64,000 nucleotides of DNA from positions 154,938,001 to 155,002,000 of the forward strand of contig OZ024740.1 of the NCBI GenBank assembly GCA_964016885.1, in the 5' to 3' direction. The translations under genes were made by a program, and so were the position numbers. The notes under the pieces were generated by a model. It was not told the DNA's origin, searched no databases, and worked only from the letters and a program-made list of their open reading frames with translations. The DNA comes from Eledone cirrhosa. Lineage: Eukaryota. This document shows positions 1 through 13,250 of the stretch, one piece after another; position 1 is the first letter of the stretch, and each line of letters opens with the position of its first letter.

Positions 1-197
1 GAGGGGCGGTGGATTGGTAGTATCGGTAGAGGGTCGGACGCCATGCTTTGACGCAAAGAGTTACGGCCCTTGCCATTCTGAGTTCAAATCCCGCCGAGGT
101 TAACGTTGCCTTTCATCCTTACGGGGTCGATAAAATAAAGTACCAGTAATGTACTGGGTAATTGCTGGCTTTGTGGCAAAAGTAGAAACGATTATTT
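1..197 (+). mobile_element. tRNA-derived SINE, family A (Meta/MESC-like central domain, ATT tail)
   Basis: Head with A-box-like GGTAGTATCGG and B-box GAGTTCAAATCC; central GCCTTTCATCCTTACGGGGTCGATAAAATAAAGTACCAG; about 10 copies in the window. Confidence 0.85.
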
Positions 198-281
198 ATT
201 CAAAGTAATCCAACTTATTTTACTAACTAGATTAAAAGAAATAAACCGTACGCAGTCCCGCAGCCCTTGCTTTATTATAGT

Positions 282-3050
282 TTAGATATTTATCCCAAAC
301 GCAGTGCATGCATTGGAGAAGGTGTCTAATATCAACGGCATATCCTCTACTGTATGAGCCACAATATCTGCATCATCATCATACAAGAGCTCCCTAACAA
401 GTGCGCCAAAAGTTTTGGACTTGGTGTTAAACCGGCTTAGATTAAATACTTTGCTAAAGGTTCTAATTCTCAAGTATACACCGATTCCAAAGTCTTGGAA
501 GGTATATGTCATCAGCATGGCAAAGTAGATGGAGAACAGAGTGGGTGCAGGTGTGTCGCCTTTCTTGGCACTGTTTTCCACTGAAATCAGCTCTGAAAGT
601 GTCCCGTTGAAGTTCACTTTGGCTTTTGATGGAGTTTTCTGAATATTCCAACAAACTCATAAGGGAATTCAAGTTTCTCCAATATAACCCGCAATGCACT
701 ATGATTAACAATATCAAAGGCTATAGTGCGGTCTACAAATACTTGGTATAGTGGCACTTGCTGCTCAACACAGTTCTCCATAAGCTGGCGCGCTGAGGAA
801 ATCATGTACATAGTACCCCCACCCAGTTTTGAATCCATACTGGGTCTCAGGAGTGGCACCAGGGCTGATCCATTTTATTAGATGATTCAGCAATACATTG
901 GATAAGACTTTTCCTACCGATTCAGGCAGACTTATAACACGGTAATCATCGAATTCTGACTTAGAGCCCTTGTAAATCGAGAGCAAAATTGCATCTACCA
1001 AGTCTTGCGGAACAGGTTCACCATGCCATACAGATAAGACTAGCCCATGAATGGTCATAGAAACATTGTCTCCTCCAAAGCCGATCAATTCAACTGGTAG
1101 TCCATCCAAACCTGAAGCTTTCTCTCTGTTTATCTCTTTGATAGTAGACCTTATCTCATCAGAGTTTGGATCATTCATCATCTCTGTTACAGTTTCCCTT
1201 TGCTGCAGTCCATTAATAATTTCCTCATCAACTATAGATGGGTTATGAAACAAATCTTTAAAATGTTCAGTCCATCGACTCATGATACCTGCTGGATCTT
1301 TGATGAGGACGTTCCCATCTTTTGACTTTAATGTTGCCATTTTTTAGGGTTGTGGACCCAAAACGTGCCTTGTTGTGCTGTATAATGCCTTCAAGTCTCT
1401 GCAATTATAAGCCCTCTGCATCTCTGCTGAAACTTCAGACCACCAGTTGTTCTTTATCTTTCGTGTTTTACTTTGCAGTTTTGATTTTGCTTCTTTGAAG
1501 GCCTTCTCAAAAGTGGTCTTCACTGAACACTCTTCAACAAGACACTTCTCATACAGCTTGTTCGTTTCTTTATTGAGTATGATGATTGCAGCATCATTGT
1601 CATCGAACCAGTCTCTGTTTTTGTCTTCTTCAGACCAAGTACATCAGCCACCCAACACTGAAAACTTATGGTTTAAAGTCTTCCCAAGTTCCATCAAAGA
1701 CAACGTTGTCAAGTGCATTTTGAAGAGCATCTCGCATTTCAACACTTTACAGCTTTGACACATCTATATGTATTGGCACTTATACCCCTGCTGCCATCAG
1801 TTTTCTTCTTTTCTGCACCTTCATTTTCCCACGCACAAGTTTGTGGTCTGTACCACATTCTGCACCATGCATTACACTTACAAAGCAGATATCCTGGAAG
1901 TCTCTCTTCCTAGTAATAATTGTTTCTACTTTTGGCACAAGGCCAGCAATTAATCAGTATATTACTGGTACTTTATTTTATCGACCTCGTAAGGATGAAA
2001 GGTAAAGTTAGCCTCGGCGGGATTTGAACTCAGATCGTAAAGGGGCGTAACTCTTTGCGTCAAAGCATGGCGTCCGACCCTCTACCGATACTGCCAATCC
2101 ACCGCCCTTTAATATGATCCAAGATGTATCATTGTCGCCTTGTAGATCTCCTTTTGCTGAAAAAATGTATTGCATATGACCAACTCAAACTCAGTGCATA
2201 ATTGCAAAAGGAGAAGATCATTGACATTCTTGTTGTCCTAAAACACTCCAGATGTATTCGTCCTTTCCCACACGTGCATTAAAATCTCCAAGAAGCAAGA
2301 TCTTGTCCGAATGAGGAATTGATGTTATGTACCCTCGTAATTCTTGGTAAAAAGCTATAATTGATTCCTGGCTACTATGCAGGGTAGAGGGAATACACTG
2401 AGATGACACTCCTGAAACGTCCCCTTGAATGAGGAACTCTTAGGTGCATGATACAAACACTAATGGCTTGTGTTTGCTTCAGTCGCTTTGTGATCTCTGT
2501 CCAGACAACGAAACCTACTCCTCCATTTCTTTTCTCCCCATTTGGTTTCCCTTTCCAGAAGAACGTATAGCCAGGACCACTCTCTAATAAATAACATCCC
2601 CCCACTAATACGGGTTTCAGAGAGTGCAGTTATACCAATATTATACCTGCTCAATTCTCTGCCAACAATAGCAGTTCTGCGTTCTGGATTTGTCGATGGT
2701 TCCTTGTCGAGAGGTGTTCTTATGTTCCACGTCGCAACATTCAGTGCAATTCTATTCTTTTGAAAATTATTTTTCTTCTTTTTTCCCCTGCTGGTATGGA
2801 CAGCCGTCAGCCGCAGGTTGCTGACCAGCTTGATGGTAGAATAGACAATGTTTGGATCCCCTTTTCTAGATCTCTCCCAAGATTTGAGTGAGCAGTGTTA
2901 TCTGTAGAAAGGGCTGCTCAGTCACAAAAGAATCTGCCCAAGCCAGTTTCTATTCCAAAAACTGGCAACATTAGATAAGCCTTAAGCCGCCTGCATGAAG
3001 ATTAGAAACTGTATAAATCCAACTCGTTAGGTCTGTACACATCACTGCTT
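282..3050 (-). mobile_element. Degenerate RTE-clade LINE (APE + RT), frameshifted, interrupted by a SINE
   Basis: APE pieces (RYNIGITALSETR, GYTFFWKG, GGVGFVV, LLLGDFNARVG); RT pieces (KASGLDGLPVE, YRVISL, ARQLMENCVEQ, PTLFSIYF, ELLYDDD) across ORFs 282-2654; 5' boundary approximate. Confidence 0.85.
1914..2107 (-). mobile_element. tRNA-derived SINE family A
   Basis: Reverse complement of 1-197. Confidence 0.85.
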
Positions 3051-3317
3051 CCACTTCGCCACAGGACTTTGAAAAGATATCTGCACAAGGCGATCAAAGC
3101 AGCATATGTTTGTGCTACACACATGCTGCTATTTAAGTATCGACAGTGATAATCCGATGACAAGCAGATGCAAGATCACCGGTAGCTGTATCAACCACAG
3201 GTATTTCAGAGTGTCCTTCTCTATCAAAAAAGGGTAGCTGTAGCAGCCATAGTTTTTTCTCACATAAATAATAACTAGCTAAAATTTTGAAAATTAAAAG
3301 TTTGAAAGTGTAAAACG

Positions 3318-3440
3318 TGCATACATGCATACATACATACATACAGACATACATACAGACAGACAGACATACAGACATACATACATACATACATACATAC
3401 ATACATACATACATACATACATACATACATACATACATAC
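3318..3440 (+). repeat. (CATA)n microsatellite
   Basis: Direct reading. Confidence 0.95.
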
Positions 3441-4768
3441 AAACTTCCACATCAACAGTGACATAGACCGCCTTTACTTGAAACGTAAGCAGAGAGGCAG
3501 AGGCCTAACATCAGTCCAGACAGAATTTGAATGTCGCATCATATCCCTCCGACAACATCTACGAACCTCGAAGCGTAGGAACCTGTCTCTCGAGGAGGTC
3601 TATCTGCATGAAACAGATAAGATCATGAGAGTTGGGAAGAAACTCCTCGATAGATATTCCCTGAGTGATAATCAAAAACTCACACCCAGGGAAGTCGCTG
3701 AGCAGTATCGCAGTGAATCCATGGATGAAAAGCTGCATGCTTATCAGCAAAAAATCATGCATGGATATGTTGCCAAGAAGCTGCAGAGTGAGAGTAATAT
3801 AGATAAGGAAAGTAGTCTATCTTGGACCCACAACCGCTATATTGGCTCCCACTTTGAAGGATACGCTTTTGCAATCCAAGAACAGGAGATTAACACGAAA
3901 TACCTGATTCACAAAAGAGTTAGGGATGCAGGCAAAACCCCTATATGTGATAACAAGTGCAGACTCTGCAGAATTAACATCGAAGATATCACCCATGTCA
4001 CAAGCAGCTGTCCAAATATGTCATCGTCCTATCTACCTATGAGGCATGACGTAGTGGCCAAAACACTGTACAATGCAATCCGTAGAAAAGATAGCCCCGA
4101 TAATAAACACATTAAAAGCTACAGCAATGTGGAAGACATCTATATACATAATATGAAAGAGTACTGGTGGAATGTTCCAGTAAAAAAAAACAATAAAATG
4201 CAGGCATAACAGACCAGATATTATGATATGGGACAGGGAAAAGAAAGCATGAACAGTAGTGGAAGTTAGCTGCCCAGCAAATGCCAATATAATATCAAAG
4301 ATTAGCGAAAAGAAGAATATTTATGCAGAACTGATGAGAAATCTAAAGATACTCCACCTTGATTACACCTTCAGATTTATGCCTGTGATTATTGGGGCAC
4401 TGGGGTATGTTAGTAACTGCCTCAATACAAATATTGAGAAGCTAGACTTTACAGGAACAGAAAGAACACAACTAGTTAGGAAATTACAAGTACAATCCAT
4501 TAATGGAACAGTAAAAATATGTAAAACATTCCAAAAATGTTGCAATATATACACATGTACAGATACAAAGCATATACACATGCACACATACAACTCAAAA
4601 CATCCACATCCACACATACAATAACATCCATATCTACACATGCATACATGCAGACATAATCTACCTAGTTGATGTTGTGTAAATGTCAATGAGAGAGTCT
4701 TGTGTCTATGTTAGAAACCGACTCTCTCTCTATTGGTAAACATTTGTGAAATTATAAAACCAGAAGAA
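3441..4768 (+). mobile_element. 5'-truncated R4/Dong-clade non-LTR retrotransposon (thumb, CCHC finger, restriction-like endonuclease), one frameshift
   Basis: DRLYLKRKQRGRGL, K-MHG, CRLC..EDITHVTSSC, RHDVVAK, then RPDI..D...EVSCP..K...Y and PVIIGALG after an A-run slip near 4185. Confidence 0.85.
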
Positions 4769-5864
4769 CATACATACATATGTGTGTATACAAATATATA
4801 CATAGATACACATACATACCTAGATACACATACATACATACACACACACATACAAACAAATAATATTCCTCATCTTGAATATAAGTACCATCACTATCTC
4901 TTTCATCCTTGACTCTTTTTTCCCACAATTCAACAGCCAAACATTTTAGGCATATTTATGAAAATTAAATCATTTTCAGCTACCTCCCTTACATAACATT
5001 CCGTATTTCCCCATTCCCATTCTTGAACACTACTACGCTACTAACTTTAATAACATCAATCTTGAACATATACAATCCTTTAAAATAATCGGCAAGTAAA
5101 TTCTTCTACCCACACATAGATTATATTTAACTGACCGGCATTAAGTGACCAATCATTTCTTGACATACTTAGTCACAATCTACTTTTGTTTGATTTCTGA
5201 AGCCATCTATCTGGGAGCATAAAGGTCATATATCTGAAAGAGTGAAGGTCATAAATCTAAGGTCACATATCATAAATCTGAGGGTATAAAAATCGTGCCT
5301 TTCAAGAATTTAGATCATAAATCTATGCTCAAAACGTCGTAACTCAAATAAGGTAACACAAAACTGCATGAGAAAAGTTTGGAAAAGGCTAGGGTCAGAG
5401 CATATAATGACTTCCAGGAATTTGGCAAAGTTCTGAACTCAAGGCTGAATTAAGTACTTTTGAAGCCATAAGTACGTAAAAGATTTTGGTGACCACCCCC
5501 ACCCCTTCTTCCCTTGGTGTCCTAAGTATCTGTTTATTTGGCTTACTGGTTAATCTATCCTTGGTTGAATTAGCCATTGAAGAGAGAATGCAAAATATCA
5601 TTGTGGAATATTTGAAGGAGTTAACGTAGTCTCATAGTAAAGTTGTTATCTATTGAAGAGCTACATTAGTTAGCTTTGCATTGAAAATTAACCTGAAGAT
5701 CTTACAGTAGAGCTAGTGATTCTAGAAAGAATTCTTACTATTGGATTCCTCAGAAACTGTATGTGATCTAGATAAAAATAAATCATAAACCAGTTTACGC
5801 GAATTTCTCTGACTTTGAGAGAAGCAGTAAAGCAAGGAGTTATTCACTGTTGTATAAAAAGAAA

Positions 5865-5946
5865 TATAATAATTGTTTCTACTTTAGGCACAAGGCCAAC
5901 AATAACTCAGTGCATTACTGGTACTTTATTTTATCGACCCCGTAAG
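5865..5946 (-). mobile_element. SINE family A, 3' fragment
   Basis: Matches the 3' half of the SINE. Confidence 0.75.
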
Positions 5947-5949
5947 AGA

Positions 5950-7118
5950 TATAATAATACAATGCTTACAGAACGAAAGTACAAACAAATATAATATAAA
6001 AGAAAAGGAGAGGGAAAACAGAAAAAAAAGAAAGGAAAAGAAAGAGAAAAGAAAAAAACACACATCTGGGAGCACATACAACAAAAGGCAGGCGAAAGGG
6101 GTGGACAACCGAGCCGCTACCAGAGTAAAAGAACAGTATCGCGAGGAGCACTGAGAAACCTCTCGAATAAATTTTGAGGCCAGCCAGCACGCTCGCGGCG
6201 TTACCTCGGGTGATAGCGAGGCGCTGGAACAACCAATCTCCCTCACGAGCTTGACCAGTTACTTCTGTTGGGCGAGACGCCAATGAAGATAGGAATCTTG
6301 CAATCAATAGCCCGATTCCCCCAAACGTCTCGAACGCCACAGGCTGGAAAATGTAGTTGGCTGACAGATCACAGTATTTTAGGATTTTGTTCCGTTCGGT
6401 TGTGGAAGCTGTGGTTCTCGCCCCAACCGCGGCATCTAGGATGTGGGAAGAAGCAAAAGAGTCACTAACTGTGACGTCCCAGACAAAGCACCTGCCTTTC
6501 AACCAGGGGCACAGTGTAAGGCCGTCAGGTATTTCCCATCACTTCTGGACAGCCCCGATGGTTCCAAGATTGAGAGCATTCAGGCGGCAAGAGAGACCAT
6601 GGAGGCCTTTGGAGTCGAGGAGTTTGCTACATCGGCACCTCAAACCCGTACAGACGTCAGCTCCCACTCTGAGGGAAATGGAGACACGAAGTTCGTCCAA
6701 GCTGAGTAGGCCACCAACGTTAGCCACGAGTAGGGCATCAACCCAGTCACTTGAGTATTTGGCGCTGGCGGACAGTAAGCGGAACCTTGAAAACTTATCC
6801 GACTGGTCGAAGAGGGAGTCGAGGGTGGCCTTCGAATTTATGCTGTCCCAAGTTCTCTGACTTCGACTGTCCTCCACCTTGTCTGGAACAGACAAGCCCA
6901 ACTCACTCCATTGTTGGAGAGCTTCATTCAACTCCCTGTTGGAACTAGTTCATGTTGGAGAAGAGAGGATGTTGCTCACCAGGGTGGAGCAAGCGTGGGT
7001 GGAGGAAAAGAAGCAAGGGAGAGAGAGGGACAAACCACCAAATCGCTTGGGCAACGCAGCCTGATCGCGGGACTCTGGAGAGAGTCTGACATTGACCAAG
7101 AAGGAGTCATTGTTATTG
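5950..7118 (-). mobile_element. CRE-clade non-LTR retrotransposon, 3' part, degenerate
   Basis: LPKRFGGLSL; WVDALL..LRVSISLRVG..CRC..D..GLHGLSC; PDGLT..PW.KGRCFVWDVTVSD; K..KY..FQPVAFETFG. Confidence 0.85.
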
Positions 7119-7303
7119 TGGATTGGCAGTATCTGTAGAACGTCGGACACCGTGCTTCGTTATGTCCCTTTGCGTTCTGAGTTCAAATCCCGCCGAGGTT
7201 AACTTTGCCTTTCATCCTTATAGATTCGATAAAATAAAGTACCAGTAATGCACTGGAATAATTGGTGGCTTTGTGCCACTAGTAGAAACAATTATTACTA
7301 TTA
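7119..7303 (+). mobile_element. SINE family A
   Basis: Same head, B-box, core and ATT tail. Confidence 0.8.
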
Positions 7304-7567
7304 TTGCGAGAGGTGGGTTAACGATATTCTATTACCATGAATTGATTCGTGAGAGAAGATTCAAGAATACACACAACATTAGATACATTCTTCAAAAAAC
7401 AGCCATTGTCCCAGGAAGAAGCTCAATCGGGTCCCTCGTCTTAGATACAACCTCTCCTCTCCTATTTCTCACTGCTATCTTTCAATTAAATTAATCATGG
7501 TTATACATGTGTACTCGTAATCAAAGTGAATAAATTTAACCTGGTTCATAGTTTATTATAACAGCTC

Positions 7568-7790
7568 AGGGCGGTGGATTAGCGGTATCGGTAGAGAGTC
7601 GGACACCATGCTTTGCAGCATAGAGTTACGGTCCTTTACGGTCTGAGTTCAAATCCCGCCGAGGGTCAACTTTGCCTTTCATCCTTACGAGGTCGATAAA
7701 ATAAAGTACAAGCCACGCACTGCGGTCGATTTAATCAACTTTCCCCTCCCCCAAAAAATTGCTGGTCTTGTGCCTATATAAGAAACCATT
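7568..7790 (+). mobile_element. SINE family A, variant with longer 3' body
   Basis: Same head and core; extra segment CACTGCGGTCGATTTAATCAACTTTCCCCTCCCC before the tail. Confidence 0.8.
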
Positions 7791-7930
7791 ATAACATAGA
7801 TCATAGCTAATTAGACATGTTTTCTAATTTTATCATGTGTTGATCATATTGTGCGTGTTTGAGGTTTTTTCAGTTATTCGTATTTCTATTTATTGTTTTA
7901 TTCACAGTTGTATGAAAAGGAATATGCCAA

Positions 7931-8314
7931 TATAATAATATAATTGTTTCTACTTTTGGCACAAGGCCAGCAATTATCCCAGTGTATTACTGGTACTTTA
8001 TTTTATCGACCCCGTGAGGATGAAAGGCAAAGTTAACCTCGGCGGGATTTGAACTCAGTTCGTAAAGGGACGTAACTGTGCTGCAAAGCATGGCGTCCGA
8101 CCCTCTACTGATACTGCCAATATAATAATATAATTGTTTCTACTTTTGGCACAAGGCCAGCAATTATCCCAGTGTATTACTGGTACTTTATTTTATCGAC
8201 CCCGTAAGGATGAAAGGCAAAGTTAACCTCGGCGGGATTTGAACTCAAACCATAAAGGGCCGTAACTCTTTGCTGCAAAGCATGGCGTCCGACCCTCTAC
8301 CGATACTGCCAATC
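7931..8314 (-). mobile_element. Two tandem SINE family A copies (7931-8120, 8121-8314)
   Basis: Two ~190-bp units with identical tails and diverged heads. Confidence 0.85.
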
Positions 8315-8602
8315 CAATATAATGCTTACAGAACGAAAACGCAAATATATTCAAGGGGAAGGGAAAGAAAGAAAGAGGAAAAGAAAGGCAGAAAAAAACA
8401 CATAAACAGGTAGTACACACATCTAGGACCACATACATCAAAAGTAGGCGAAAGGGGTGGGCAAACGAGCCACTACCAGAGCAAATGATAGCGATATCGC
8501 GAGGAACACTGGAAAACATCTCTAATCATTTTTTAGGCAAGCCGGCACGCTCGGGTGGTGGTGAGGCTGATGCGCTGGAACAGCCAAGCACCCTTACGAG
8601 CA
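8315..8602 (-). mobile_element. CRE-family 3' end fragment
   Basis: Homologous to 5955-6250 (AATGCTTACAGAACGAAA...GCGCTGGAACA). Confidence 0.75.
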
Positions 8603-10634
8603 TCATTTCTATTTATTCTATAATGATCCCCGTATAGCGGGAAAGTATCTAGAGCGTCAACAGATACTTAGTGTGTGTGTGTGTGTATGTGTGCGCGTGT
8701 GCGTGCGTGTGTGTGCGCGTGTGCGTGCGTGCGTGTGTGTGTGTGCTGATATAGATATTGTTATTAAAATTTAGCTTCGGCATAGCTGTATACATACATG
8801 CATGTGAATTTCGTATATCTAAAGATATACGGTATGTTTAATAAATAAACATTTTGAAAGCCCAGCTATGAATAGAAAGGCTGACGGCCAGCGCCGTCTA
8901 ACGGATTCCAGCAGAAGCAGGACTTTGAGGATGAGGTCATGCTTACCAATAAAAGCAAACGTACCAGTTGAGTTTCACTTTGATTTTTATTATTAGTTTG
9001 ATAAATAAAGTACCAGTAATGCACTGGGTAATTGCTGGCCTTGTGCCTAAAGTAGAAACAATTATTAGTTTGATAACTTATCTATTAGACAGATACTATG
9101 GAGTAAATGAAACAAAAACAGAATCAAACCAAAGAGGGGACACAGAGGAACATGAATGGTCATTAAGAATGTGTGACTAATGGGCTTTGACAATCAAAAT
9201 AGACAATTAAATAACCACCCGGTTACTAAACTAACCGAGGATTCGAAGTGAAACTAAATTGCTTCTCATATCAGCCCAATTCACTTTTTCAAATATTGGG
9301 CATACTATTCAAGGGAACCTACTCTTGTATACATTACATTATATCCATTTTAAAGTTATTTCCCTTGATATACCAATGATCGTTATTTTAAACAAAAAAA
9401 GTTATATATAATGGCCAATACAAAATATATTTAAGATAGCATTTGGAACCAATTATATACTTTAACATTTTCTGACTCTCTCTCACCAGGCAGCGTCTTA
9501 AAAAAAATAAACAAGAAAGAAAATAACCCCTTGACGAGCTGAGGATGTGGCATTTATTAAAGCTAATTAGCTTTGTTTGTGGTTCTGACGGGCCAGTGGC
9601 TGAGCTTGTGCGAAGACACAACTGGCGAATAGTGATCCCGTGTGAAGGCAATCAAGTAACATAAATATGGGAGGATATCAAAGATATAATCGTGATTTTA
9701 AATATGTATTCTCATTATAGAAGTTAGAAAATCATCTCGAAAAATACTTCCATTCGTTAAATACTTTCATAGTTGAAATATCATCGAGATTGTAAACACT
9801 TTCTGCCTTCACCTCTTTGGCACACATTGCAAAACTAACCTATTTTGAAAAAGTCGCGCTACTTTGCAGTTAGTCATTGCTCTCGAAACGGAAAGAAGGA
9901 AAATATTTGATAATGAAAATAAATTCGATAAAACGGAAGTCTTACATAATGGAAGTATTTATAATCTCGATTATATCGCTGATAATATTCTATACTTAAT
10001 ATTCGTAACTGTCAACCTATAAGACCGGTGTTCACCAGTTGTGCATCGATGTGATCTATTAATATTCTCTTCACATTTAGAATACGAATACTTTATAGGA
10101 ATATTAATTCGATCTTAGAAGTTGATCGGCAAAGTTGACTTCCGGGTGGATTTGAACTCAAAACTTAAAGAGCCAAAATTAATTATCTCAAGAATTCGGT
10201 ATACCACATGTGTCCGTTGGCTCATACCTGTGTACGAATAGAGCTGTTAGTCAGCGAGAATTAGTTGTTGTCTCTGGATTGCTTTTTAGAAGAATTATTT
10301 TCCTATGTTCTAACGATATTATCAACCTGCTAGAAATAGCAATCAAATCTCCATCGTACCGCTTCCTACCACTTGGAGAAGGAAGGACATATAGAATAAT
10401 TGATTGCCTATGATCATACATCTATTGGACAGATTTAACCTGGGGCTAAACAACAACATTAGATATGTTATGGTTTAAAAAAAAAGAGTGTTGGTCACAA
10501 CTGGAGTGCTAATGATCATAGGTCTACTGGATCAGGATTAACCTAGGGTTAAACAACACTAATGTTTTAGATATATTGTGTTTGAAAAGATGGAATAGTC
10601 ACAATTGGAGTGCTAATAACTATATCTTCTTTAT

Positions 10635-10852
10635 CCCTTTAGCATCTAAACCAGCCATATTCAGCCAGAATTCTCTCATCTCTTTCTGTTCAAACCGGCA
10701 GTAACTGGCTGCTTATACTGATGTTAAGGTATTATTCTCAAAATACATATGAAAATCTCATAGATTTGATACAGTGTGAGATACTTATTTGAGGTAAAAT
10801 CTTTACCATGAAAATATGATAGTAAATATAGAGTAATGTAAATTCTAAATGA
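10635..10852. mobile_element. piggyBac-type MITE, degenerate; a partial copy lies at 10958-11040
   Basis: CCCTTTAGCAT start; homologous to 51548-51747 and 58932-59152. Confidence 0.65.
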
Positions 10853-12207
10853 TTAGTCTACCTTCAGCTTTTAAATCAACAATACTGCAGCTAAAAATAG
10901 CAGACAAATGTACCACAAATCACACTCTACTATCTTACAAAATGAAGGACATATTATTTAACACTTTAGCATTTAAACCGGTCATATCCAGCCAGAATTC
11001 TCTCACCTCTTTCTGCTCAAACCGGCCGTAACTGGCTGCAAAAAACATTTCTTTGGAATGACAAATATATTTAATTTGAATAAAATGGTAACCCACTTCC
11101 ATTGATGTCCTAAGCATGTGCTTATTTTGCTTAATAGTTAATCCAGACCTGGATACAGGGGTATAGATACAGAGTGGGATAGATAGAGTGATATACTGTT
11201 AATAGATAGACTGTTATATAATTAAAGGTAGAAGACTGTTCGAAGTCCTTGTTAGAATCAAGCAGCATGCAGATAAATAATTAAAGAGAAGCAAGCAAAA
11301 AATATATTTTCATCTAAAGATGCACATTGTCCTATTTATGTACTCGGTAAATATGAGTCAATGATCAGGATGAAAAAAGAGAGAATGAGAAAGAAAGTGG
11401 CAGAAGATGAAAAGTAAAAATATTTTGGTGATTCTTCTGTTTAGAATATTAAGTTCATCTTAAAAACTTGCTAAATTCTTAAACAAAAAGAAAACTGTAT
11501 TATACAATATGTCCCTCATTTTTAGTCTGTCTTGTTATTGGATCTAGACAGGCATTGATTCTCATTACTTGACTCCATATGATGATGATAGTGATGATGT
11601 TTCTCATCCTTCTTGTTTATACTCTTCATTATTCTCTTATGTGACCTTGAAATCTCTAACAATCACCATATGCATATATACATAAAAACACACAAACACA
11701 CACACACACACAAATATATATTTATAAGAAAATTCAACAAGGTAAAACAACACTGGAGAACTATACAATGCAATGTTATATAAGGTTAACACTTGATACA
11801 GTCGAGAAAGAGTCATGGATGAGGTTAAGGAGTTCACTTTGCAACTTTTGGTGTATGACACCTTGAGTAATTGTCTTCTATTGTAACCTTGGGCTGACCA
11901 ATACCTTGTTAATTTGGTAGACACACTATATGTATATACATATATAATTCAGCCTTGAAATAAGGAACCAGTGACATACTAAGGAAACCTTGGAGTAGTG
12001 GGACACTGGGTCAACCTCTTAAATTATTAATCTCTATTATGATATTGAGTACTCATTCTCACTTTTGTCAATATATATACAACCAAAGCTGTTAATTGTA
12101 CATTTGATTGACTGACATATGTTTCACCATGCTACATAAGAACACGCAATATACACATATTGCAATCCAGCTCCTCTGGGTCTATAAAAAACATATTTAA
12201 ATTATTA

Positions 12208-12448
12208 TTAACAAGATATTACAAGTAAGTATGTTTTGAAACAGCGAGCGAGTTTTGAAATTAAAAATAGCTTTCGCCGTACTTTTGAAAAGATGAGTGT
12301 TGCCATACGTCAACACTCATCTTTTTCTATTTCCTTTTCTACCAGGCTAAAATTTCTTTAATCAAAAAATACGGCGAAAGCTTCTATTTCTAATTTCAAA
12401 ACTCGTTCGCTGTTTCAAAACATACTTACTTGTCATTATACTTGCTAA
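12208..12448. mobile_element. Palindromic (foldback) non-autonomous element
   Basis: Long arms ACAAGTAAGTATGTTTTGAAACAGCGAGCGAGTTTTGAAATT / AATTTCAAAACTCGTTCGCTGTTTCAAAACATACTTACTTGT; related to 32864-33114. Confidence 0.75.
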
Positions 12449-12537
12449 GAATGTAGCTTCTAATGGAAGGAGATGGGTAATGTGTTGATGTAATGGATTA
12501 ACAAGATATTACAAGAAATCCAAAAGAATAAGAAATC

Positions 12538-13250
12538 ACCATCATCGTTTAACGTCTATCTTCCATGCTAGCATGAGTTAGACGGGTTTGTCCCATCTGA
12601 GGCAAGTTGGGTCGAGTGAGCGTGTCTCATTTGTATAGGACTGTTTCTGACTGGTTTTCTACAGCTGGATGCCCTTCCTAATGCCAACCGCATTTACAAT
12701 GTGGACTGAGTGCTTTTTGTCATGACACCTACAGGACCACTTTACAGTGTGGGCTGGATGTTTTGTGGTACCAACATAACATTACAGAGTAAGGGTGGTG
12801 TGAGCAGAAGAGGGAGAGAGGTGTAAGGGGTGTGGGGGTATATTGGATTAAGAGTTGCCTACTGAGTAAGTTTAAGTCCGTGCGCAAGGGAAGGCAAATC
12901 TGTATTACTGCATAGTGCCAAAGATCTCAATCTTGTGTCATTGTCTTAGAGAAGTACAAGTGTGTAAGGTCAGCTTTTATCACCTCGTCCAGGTCTTTCT
13001 GGGTTTACCTACTCTGTAGCTTCCATCAATTTTGATCACCCTGCACTTTTTTTATACAGCTGTCGTCTTTCATATGCATCACATGACCATACCAACACAA
13101 TCTCCTCTCTAGTAAACTGCATCTGATCCCTCTTATGCCTAATTTCTCTATTTGTTTACGCTTTGTTGTTTGTGTATATTACTATTACACATGCATCAGA
13201 GCATGTATGTTTCGTTTCTTTCCAATCTGCGCAGATCCTCTGCACACAAA
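12538..13250 (-). mobile_element. RTE LINE 3' fragment with (GAT)n tail
   Basis: Homologous to the 3' ends at 47300-47966 and 33490-34050. Confidence 0.8.

Noticed and set aside
1-100. tRNA genes at SINE heads
   Set aside because: No full cloverleaf; always fused to a SINE body and tail
8870-9660. Short CpG-richer patches resembling a promoter or first exon
   Set aside because: No ORF, motif or repeat support
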